NCBI GenBank assembly: GCA_965178125.1
Contig: OZ237752.1
Span: 744,001-808,000, forward strand
Length of the DNA stretch: 64,000 bases
Source: Bilabrum cf. latius
Taxonomy: Eukaryota
Direction of reading: 5' to 3'
The notes beneath the pieces are model-generated. The model made no database searches. It was not told the origin of the DNA and saw only the letters and a program-made list of their open reading frames with translations. Positions 38,601 to 48,600 of the stretch are shown here, one piece after another. The stretch's first letter is position 1, and every line of letters begins with the position of its first letter. The position numbers and the translations under genes are program-made.

Positions 38601-41600
38601 CGGCCGAATCGGGCCTGGTGAATGGAACATGTCTGTGTCGGCAAGAGCTTTCGTGGGACAGGTGCCGCTTAGCCGTTACATGAACCGTATCAGTGACTTG
38701 TCACAGGGTGCCGAACTGCACGGTGCAATTGGTGACTTCGCAGCTCCTTTGTTCGCTCCAAGTCCAGTCACATCTGTTTCGCTCGTAGTCTCTGAGCTGC
38801 GAGACTGTGAGCCACTCCAAGCACCTACTGGGGTGTTGGCGAGCTGCCAAGCCATCAGGGACCCTCTGGACGCATCCAAAAGGGTTAGTTTTTGTTCCTT
38901 GGAGTGCGATTTGACGCATGAAATTTTGATTGGGGCACGCAACACGACGTGCGACCCAGTTACTGGGACTTGGAGACCAGCACCGGCAGCTTGCATCCCT
39001 GCTGTGCCATAGCCCCCTGTGGGTGTGGTCGGTTCGACTTGTTCATTGAGAGCAAGCGTTCAATGGAGATCCCCGCCACGAATCGAAGAAACCTCAGAGC
39101 TCTTCATTCAGGCAGTTTTTGCCAACGGATCGCTTGCGCTGCCGCTTGAGGATCAGCTGCCGCTTGAGGATCAGCTGCCGCTTGAGGATCAGCTGCTGCT
39201 TCAGGAGCTGCGCTCGGATCTTGTGCAGCGATACGTGGTTGGAATTCACGTCGATGCCCAAGCGTTTTCGGCTGATGACGCAGCACAATGGGCTGCAATG
39301 GTGCAGAGGCAAAGCATTGAGTCGCCCGGCCTTGCTGCTTCGAGCAGCGTCACACCAACGGAATCTAGCTGGAGGCTACTAGCTGCAGTAGTGCTACCAA
39401 AACTGGACCAGGCTGGGACCTACATCCCAACTTCGATTCAACTATAGGCCTTCTAGGCCATTTTGGAAATCGAGGACGCACTTCAGTCCAGGGGGCTCGA
39501 TGGTACCGTTGGAGACCCCAGCACGCCCATACCTGTGCCTGCCAACACTGCCATCTAGGTCGTAATCGCGGCTGCTTCACGATACGGGGTGTCAAACAGC
39601 TCCTTGCCGTCCGAGCAGCTAGTGCTTGAAGAAGGAGAATGCGGCTTCGTGGACGTGAATGTGAACGTATCCGCAGCGGTCTCTGGCTCGGCCACTGGTA
39701 ACCCCAGCGAAGACCCCGCTCTGAGTACCCTAGTCCCTCTAGCTCCAGTCCCGTCCGAGTCCACTCCGATTCTTCTGAGTGCGTTCAGGCGATCTGTTGC
39801 GTTTTCCATTGGTTTTTGGGCAAGACCAGCGATCAGCGAGGTTCTGTCGATAACCTGTACACCGACTCTGTCAGTGGCGCGCGGGGCTGCTGCTGGTGAA
39901 CTTAGACTGAACGTCGCCCCGGCTGAAGCCCAGCTGGATGCCAGCTCTTTCGATAGTATTCTGGCAGCAACTGCTCCAGGCTCGCCTGCTCGATTAGCAT
40001 TTGAGTTATCGGCCATGTTCGGGCCATCTTCGTATGCTGGGCCATAGCTCGACGGAATGGTGGAATGCTCAGTTGAGTCCCGGCTCCAGGGGTCGGATGA
40101 TACGCAAAGCGCACAGGCCCGCAGACAGCAAATTGGTTTGGCCCAGGTTTACCAAGACGTCTAGTCTGCTATTGTGCCGGTTCGCATAGTCGGCACGGTT
40201 GTGCCATTCTTCCAGGATGTTCTGATTTGGCGGCCGGCTGTAGCCACGGAGCAGCACGGGTTTGGGTATCAGAGCCTCTGGGACGACATCGGGCTGCATG
40301 CGTCTGAATTTGGCGAAGCGCTGGTCGACCTTGATTCTGATGGATTCATTGCCCCGGAAGATTATGCCTTGGATATCGCAGCGCGCTTTCAAATAGGTAC
40401 GGTGCCAATGGGAATTGACGCTGTGGAAGTGGGTTCTGCTTCGATGCTTGGCCAGCGTCTATTGCTTGCAGCGCGATCCCCTGTCAGAAGTGCCATGGCC
40501 GTGTCCGTGAACGGAGCAACCGACATGATCATAGTTGGCGACGAATCGCAGCGCATGCGCTCCGGGCCCCACTTCGCCCCGGGAGTTAGGGTCTTCGTAG
40601 GCCAAGCTGAAGCAGACGTTCTCGCAATCTCTGTGGATGGCCGATTCTTGAGAGTGCAGTCGCCCAAGTACATCGATGTGTGCGGTCTACAAGGCAGCCT
40701 TTGTAGTGGTCCATCTGCCTACCGTCCCATTCGTATCGAAAACCCCCCAGCAGCGCGAATTGGTGCGCTACAAGACCTGCCGGCTTGGGAGGATCCATTG
40801 CTCCGGTATGATCGACCGATCGATTCGATCGATTGCAGAGCAGAGGATGCAAGCAATCCCGCCGAGAGCAGATTGGCTCGTCCAATCAATGTCACCCTCT
40901 GCGACCCGCAAGTGGCTGTTTTTGGCGATAAAATGTCTGCGCAGTTCTGGCGCGATGCAAGTTTGACGGCCTTGGCTGCTGCAGGATTGGTGACTCAGGC
41001 TGGAAATGGCGGGATTCTTGATGCGACGATGCAATTAGCAGATGATTCTGCTCTTGGTGCATCGATACAATGCCCGAGGGATTGTCCCGGCTTGCAAGAG
41101 AATGAGCTGCTGGCATTTCCACCCACTGATATCGCTAGCTTTGCCAGCAATTCGACGTCTGGCGCCCGTGGGCTCGGGGTGCAAATGACCCATGACACTT
41201 GGCTACATAGTCTAAGCGGATCTGCCTCGGAGTCTTTATTGCAAGCCCGCGGTCCTCTACAGCCTGAAGAGCTGCTCCAGGGTTTCTACTACACTTCATA
41301 GTGTGCTGGCTACGAGAACGACACCCGCGTATGCATGGACCCCCTCACTGCAGACCTGTGTGCATACGGCATCGGAGATGACTGCTAGCCGTGTTTTGAA
41401 GGAGCACTGTGCCCTGGTGGCTACCGTGCATGGTCGCAACCTGGCTACTACTCACCCAGTGAACCTGCTGGGGTAGTTCGCTGCTCCCCTCCATCCCTGG
41501 ACCGTTGCCTCAACTGGACGCAAGGGGAGACGCTTTGCGGCACAGGATACCTTCAAGGCTCGCCTGGATGCAAGGGATGCGACGACGGCTTCTTTCTATA

Positions 41601-44600
41601 TGCGGATGGTGCGTGCTAGGAGTGCCCGAGCGGAGAAGGCGCTTCCAGGCTGCTTCGTCCTCTTGGTATATTGCTCGGTGTGATGGCCGGCGTAGCCGTC
41701 ATTTTCTTTGGAATCGTTTTCCTGGCGACGCGGTAGAGTGGAGGGACACTTGTAGGCGGTTTGAAGGCTGCGGGGGAACTTGTTCTTTGGATGGTGGGAT
41801 CGCTTCAGGTTGTCGCGCAGACAGGACGGACAGCCAGCGTGCACCTCCCACCATACCTTCGAGCGATGCTGCGAGGCTTGTCCATCCTCCAGTTCGATCT
41901 TAGCGGGGTGCAGATCCATCCCGACTGTGTCGATGCGAGACCCTTCAGCATGGAGATGGTTACGTTTATCAGTGCTCTCGTACTCCTGGCGTGCATCCTG
42001 ATCACGATATCTATCAAGACTGGTGGAGCAACCAAACGACGGGACATGCGGCGGAGTACAAAGCAGCTGAATGCGGCTGCGCTCTCCACCATGGTTTTGT
42101 CCGAGCTTGCCAACAGCAAAACGGACTCCCGAAGGCAGCTGTTTGCCATGGTGACTTCTGGAGATGGTGGAAGCCATGATGGTAGATAGAACTCGACCAG
42201 AGCCCGAGACAACCCCATGCTAGCAGCCCAAGCAGTCGGCAAGCGTGCTGCGAGCGGCACTGGTGTTGGCTCGTCGTCGTCAGAAAGCGAAGATGCGCAA
42301 AGTATAATGCCAATCAACACGTCAGCAGATATAGATATAGAGCTTGACCCTCACGCAATGGAAAGGCGGCGGTCTAGCGCGACAGAGCAAAGATCCTCGA
42401 TGAAAGGTACAGGCCCTAGTGCGTCCGTGAGACGACCGCCATCTCTCGGGCAATCGCGGCAAGCAGGCACCAAGCGGCCGCCTAGTCTAGGCGCTAAGAG
42501 GCCGCCAAGCCTGGCATCAAGCGCCACCGAGAAAAAAAGGCAAGCAACTCGGCAGAAGTTCCGTGCAGCAATTCTACGTGTTGCTGCGCAACGAAGCTCA
42601 TAGCGAGCTATCTAGGCGCAGAGGTCTGGCAATGCAGGCACAATTTCGGGTAGCAGCAACCAGGACGATGACTCGGATGACGTTCCACTGTCTTAGTGGC
42701 TGGTGCCTCAATTGCGACGAGCAAGCTTCATACTTGCCTTCCTTCTCTATGCCATCATTACGAACACCGCATTGAGTACCGTGGACTGCATCAGGCTCGT
42801 GGATGAACGCCTGGAATTTGTCGTAGTTGGTGATGCATCCGGACCTACCCAGGACTCTGAAACAGATCTGCCTGCAGACGCTAGCTCTCTAGATGACGTG
42901 CCGGAGTTGCAGCAAGTCGTGCAAGAGCGGCTTGTACTTGCATCAAATACCTTCTTTGAGTGCTACAAGGGCTACCACTTGCCTGCGGGAATCCTGGCCT
43001 GGATCACGCTCGCTGCGTTCTGCGTGTTTCTACCCATTTTCTTGATCATTTGGTCAAGTCGGCGTATTCATACGATCATGTCGCGCCTTGGTGACTTGAG
43101 GCGTAAGCGGTAGTACCTGCAGGCGTCGCGCGCCATCTGGGAGGACTTCTCGGCTGCTGGGGCTTGCTCGTACATGTGGACGTGTGGTGGGGGGATGCAG
43201 TGCTGCCAATCAACTTGCTGCCCGGATGCGTACGCATGTAGGGAGTACGGATGTGGTGCGCAGATTCCACTCAGCGGCCGCGTTGTGATTCGGAACAGGC
43301 AGAGCAAGGAATCCATGTCTGTTGGAGGTTCTGCTTCGAGCATTGTGTCAGCTGATGATGTGACCAGTCCAAAGCCGTCAAACCAGAATTTGCCATGTGC
43401 AACTGGGTCCAAGGCAAGCATGAGTTTGCCCGCAAGTCCAGCTCCGCCAGCTGCGAGCACACGCGGGCTGATTGCAGCAACATCCACAGCAGGACCGTAT
43501 CGCCAAGCAGGCCGTACCTCCGGCAACACTGCCTTGCAAACGACCCCGACTCCTCCACAGTCATCGATCGACCCCGCTCGAAATTAGGTCGACAGCAAAG
43601 ACTCCCCCACTGTTTCGAGTACGCCCGGCACCCCGATGACCACGACCACGACCAACCCGCTCGCACCGGTTCGCCGAAGCGGTGATGGGTCGGACCGCGG
43701 GGCGACTTCAGCAGCAAGACAAGACCGCAGTCCTCCCGACCGAACGAAAAAGAGGAGGGGGACTTTGGCACTGGGCACCTAGTTGCACATGGCGTCCAGT
43801 GAGAAGCTAGCGGCAGTCTTCTACGATTTGTCCGCTGCAGCCAGAACAGAGCTGCTGCTTGACGAGAGTCGCGAAGTCAGGAAGGAACCTTCGATATCCC
43901 GCCTGGCGAACTCCGACTACAGACCCAGCCACTACTATGTGCACATCATGGATCTCGCCTTGCTTGCCATCCTGGCTCTGCTCGCCATCCTCTGGAAAGA
44001 GCCAGGCACGCCAGGAGAGGCTTTCGCCAGGTCCGTGACAGTCGTCGCAGTGCTCCTCGCATTTGCCCTCTTTGTGATGTTCAAGTCACCCTTCTTCATC
44101 GTCGACAGCTGGAAAGGCCCCGTGAAATCGCTTGCCCTTTTCATCGCCGCAGCCTCCGAGATCCTCAGCACGGCCATATACTGCCGTGAGGAGCTCGGGT
44201 GGCGCGGCTTTTCGAGCGAGGACGTGGGTCGGTTCGCCGTGGTAGTGTTCAGCATGAGCGTTGCCATGATCGTGCTGCTGGTGTATGCGTTCTTCTCGGT
44301 CGTTGCGCGGCAGGGAAGAATGGAGGTGGCAGGACTGGTGGACGAGGACGGCGATTTGCAGGAGCCCCCGGAGGTGTCAGAGGCGGCCAGGCGGGGCGAG
44401 AGGCCGGGAGCTTTGGCAGAGCTGTACGGCATGCTCATGCAGCCTTGCTGCGGTCACACTAGCAGTGTCGAGGCTGCAGTTGGGTCACGCTATGCAAAAT
44501 CACTGGCAGCGAAACGCGCTGAGGCAGAGGAACGGCAGGCCGGGCAGGAGCAGGACGGCAGGGGCCGAAGCGGGAGCCTGGTAGGCTCGAGTAAAACTCC

Positions 44601-45147
44601 TCTCAGCGACTTGGCTAGAGCAAGCAGCCGATCCATCCTTCTGCAGTATGCGCGTGAGGGCGCGGCAGCTGGTCTGTAGCCATCCACGCGATTGCAAGTG
44701 TCGCAACGTCATGGAGGAGACCCCGTGCTCGGTGGGGCCTAGCCAGGGAGTGGCAGCTGGGGCCGCATGCATTCTGGGCGACGACTCCTTGGGAGCGTGC
44801 CCAGTAGAACTAGGCCTGCTAGACCTAGCATTCCTTCTGATCCTGCAGAGGACAGGAAGAGAGCCAAGTCAAGGACCGGGCTGGTAAAGATTTCCGGCAG
44901 AGGGAGCAGGAGGGAAGTGCGGCAGTACAGCTCGACTGGAGCTTCAGGCACACAGCACGGCCGCAGTTCAGTGCCTGATGCCGTGTCTGCGGGCACGCAG
45001 CTTCTGCATACACAGGCACACCAGCGATCTTCCCGAGGTCTTCAGAGGCCGCTTTCCAAACCTCGGCTTGGTCCTCCCCAAGCCCAAGCCCAGAAGGCGT
45101 CGCGAAAGTCACTTCGATCACTTGGTCATGCGGCAGAGGAAATTTGA
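23698..45147 (+). CDS. Giant (~7,035 aa) cell-surface protein with C-terminal multipass TM region; exons 23698-23833, 24022-24279, 24434-45147
   Basis: Signal peptide MERAFFRGFVRIIAAVLTCICFAQHSFA. Two GTGAG..CAG introns (23834..24021, 24280..24433) with matching phases. More than 30 listed ORFs from 24694 to 44767 share one frame, separated only by TAG (~65 by hand count) with no TAA/TGA until 45145-45147. Kelch-like motifs ('RRAGHAMV..LTLGG', 'VIVFGG...LLADAW'), 'YYCTLDGSIP' and 'VRCTMDGSPP' motifs, Cys-rich 'C*PCFEGALCPGG' region, then several TM helices. Confidence 0.88.
39139..39192 (+). repeat. Perfect 18-bp x3 coding tandem repeat (LPLEDQ)3
   Basis: ctgccgcttgaggatcag three times, followed by a degenerate fourth copy (ctgctgcttcaggag). 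Confidence 0.95.
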
Positions 45148-45608
45148 TTATATTGCGAAGCTTTGTATATCTCAACAGATTGTCTTCGTTTACATCATAG
45201 TCTATTCCAGGGTACTACTAGAACTAAGTAGGCCCTAATCCTTTGACTTGTTTGCGACCAACCGATCGCCGAAACTCTGGATTTCCATACCATTGTTGCG
45301 ACTCATTTTGAGAACTCGGGATTGTTGTGTCATCGGTGAACCTCAGCAGATTGCGGTCCCACTGTCCGCATCTAGTTCAGCTAACCTTGCCCGCCTTTAT
45401 TAGGATATCTAAATAAACGCCTACGACCTGTTTCATCCAGAAACTTAACACAGATTAGAGCAAGCTTGCTAAAAGCAGGCAACGCCGATACACAAGTACT
45501 CTCCGTGCGAGCGGGAGCAGCTTATTTGGTAGAAACTAAGCATCCAATTGGATTAATATGTCAGATACAGTGCCGTAGCACACGGTATTTACCGATTTAC
45601 CGGACAAT

Positions 45609-48600
45609 ATGGCGCTTTCAGCTGGCTTCGAGGGTGTCTCAGACTTCGTGCTGTTCGTGAGATCTCCTTCCGATATTTTGTGATGAGACGCTCCGAATCA
45701 GAAATGGGTCCGAGAGTTTCATTTTATTATACGGCTCTTTCGTACGCAGGTAGCATACATGGCAATTTCGGTCCAGCTGTGGACATTTTCTCAAGCAGTG
45801 GCATCAAGCTATGAGCGACTGCCCAAGAGCCCAGCCTTTGTGCACGCCCTACTTTGTTTCGAGTGAGTGATGCCAGGTTTGCAGTGACCTGAACTTCTAC
45901 TTCCTGGCTCGTATCGGTATGTCATCTGCTGTTGCACAATTCAATACGAACCATGTCGCAGAGCTTTCATCGCGAGCTGTGGCCTCACGCACCTTGGAAT
46001 GGGTCTATCGGTCACCATTCTCCGCGGTTCTGCGACAATGCTGTGAGTGTATTGTATCCTAGTCGCTGAATGCTGCCTGATCCTTGCCGCAAGCTATGTA
46101 GCTAGAAACTATCACTGTTCCATCTCGCAGCATCGTGAACGGAACTGTTAAAACTATAACAGCAATCGTAAGCGCGTACACAGCGATGGTTCTTTGGACC
46201 CTTTTATCGGATGCATCTCGCGCTTTGATAAAGCACATCGAATCAAACTTGGTGGAGAAGGCCGAGGCGGACGAGAGCAGGGTTCGAGCAAACCAGCTCA
46301 ACAAGATCTAGATCCGACTGCAAAGTCTTGCAGACAGTATTCATGAGTCTGGAGATATCCAAGTCCTGTTTGACGCCGCTGCCAGGGGCCTCGTCAAGCA
46401 TGCTGGCTTTGGAATCGCTGGCGCGTTTTTGCCGACCGTGCTCCCTCGCCGTAAGGACTTTACCACCGGTCAAGAAGTCAGCGCCGTGAGCCAGTCGAGC
46501 TCGAACAGCAATCTTCAAAGTGGCAGCCAATCGCCTCCGTCTCGCCGCCCGCTGCTTCTGGTCGAGCCAGCCAGGCACGAGCGGGAGCCTGCCCACGAAC
46601 TCGACCGTGTGCTGGCTGGAGGAGGCCTCGCCCCGCCGCAGAATGACCAGAGCGCTGGCGGCGCTAGCAGACTCCGCAACCTCGCCAACTCTGCAGAGAT
46701 ATCCGAGGACAGTCACGATACGCCTGGTGGTATGCAGGCCGACTAGAAGAAGGCAGGCGCCTTCGCGACTGCCAAGGGCAACAAGGCCAACAACAGGAGC
46801 CCGGATGCGCTTAGTAGGGTGCTTGGCGGCCCCTCGGGTCTATTGTCCCCTTCCGGAGACGATGTGAGCAGCTCCGAGGGCGAGGCGGGGCGCGGTGATA
46901 CCTACAAAGTGTCTAATCCCGCCCGAGTCTCTGCTTCCAGCTCCAACAGGCACTCCGGGACTCGCCTCGATAGGGGCGCAGCTGCCAGCGTGGACAGCAG
47001 CGTGGGCCCTCCCGGTCCGGTGGGCTATGCTTGGGCGTCTGAACAGACTGATGGAGATCTGAACGGCTCTATTTCAGAGTCGGACGCCTCTGTCGCCTCT
47101 GTCGCCACCCAAGTGCACTAGGCAGTGTCGGAGTCCGAGTCTGGCACGGACAGCGATGTGGAGACTGGCATGTTCCTGGGCAGGGCCAGCCTGCTGCCTG
47201 GGGCACAAGCGAGGGGCAATGGCCCTTCTCACACCATTGAGATGGTAAGCCTGACTCAGTTCGACAAGGCCGACAGGCACCACGCTGCTGGCGGCAGTCG
47301 GGGCAGGAGGAGAGGAGGCGGCGCCCGAGGTGCTGGACACGGGTCTGCTTGGTCTAGGGGAGGCAGGAGGCGAGGCTCGGGGCGAGGCAGAAGCCAAGGC
47401 GTTCCCATGTCTTCAGCTGGTTTGCGGGACAAGTCGATTGGCAGCCAGCATTTCGGGCTTGCCGGCTCCAGCACAGGTCGGTCAGTGCTGCCCCCTAGAG
47501 GCGGAGACCGAACCACTGGGATCGCCGATGCAGAGACGATGGACACGGCCGAGTGCAAGGAGCGGCTTGAGAGGCTGTTGCTGTAGGACTCCATCGTGCA
47601 CGTGCCCGGGCCCCTCGTCCGAGCCCTCTTCGGCGAGGTGGCGGGAGGCCCCGCGCCTGCGCATGGCCGCAAGGAAACCGAACACTTTTTTGCGCTGAGG
47701 CTGTTTCTGCCGTCACGAGCCGCCTCTTCGATCGCGGAGCATCTCGGTCTTACCACGATTCGTCCTGCTGGCATTTCTCAGTCATCGTGGCGGAAGCATC
47801 AATCCTCTAGTGCCGGTGTCGGTGCCGATCAGGGAAGCGCAGCCGCGAGAGAGCCACCGAACCTCCCTGAAGTCCGGTCGCATGTGGTTGATCTATCAGT
47901 CCGTCAGCAGTGCGCCTAGGTTCTGGCTGATACGCAGCAGAGCCGCTCAGTCAAGACCCGCATCTTTGACCCCGCAAAGTTCCTGCAGCAGCAGAGGGAG
48001 CAAGAGGAGGAGCTCGCAGCAGCCGATGAATTCGGTGACGTCGATCCGAGCACTGGTGAGCAGCTCAAGCGTGACAGGTCAACGACAGGATCGAGTAGCT
48101 CCGGCAGCTATCAAGCAAATCGTTCTCATTCTTCATTTATGGTGAATCACCGCCCGATGGTGCGAGGGGCCCGAGGCAAGGGGTCGTCTCCGAGGGACAA
48201 GTCCCGCGAGCAATCGGCTGCTTCCGCTGGCGGTTCATATGCATCGAGCCAACACGACGAGGAGCAGGACCGCAAGACGCGGGCAATGAACAGGAAATCT
48301 TTCTCCTCCCAGGACATCGTGATCGGTTTCCTCCTTGTCAAGAGCTCGTCCGCCAGTCTGAAGCGGGGGGAGAGACAGCTGCTCGAGGGCGTCCGTGGCA
48401 CGCTGGAAATAGCTGTGCTGCGCATCGACGCTCGTGAGGCCGAAAGACATTTCCTTCTCCGTACTGCAGAACTGGAGAAAGAACGGCGGGAGGCCTCGCA
48501 GACCTTCCTCGCCATGATGAGCCGTGAGTACTCTATTGCTCTACGTCTACGCCACCCTTGCTGCACTGCCGGTGCTCGTAGACGTCTATTTGCCCATAAT

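Noticed and set aside
24434-45147. Pseudogene cluster or many small genes
   Set aside because: All interruptions are TAG in a single frame with no frameshifts, TAA or TGA; decay would produce all three stops and indels.
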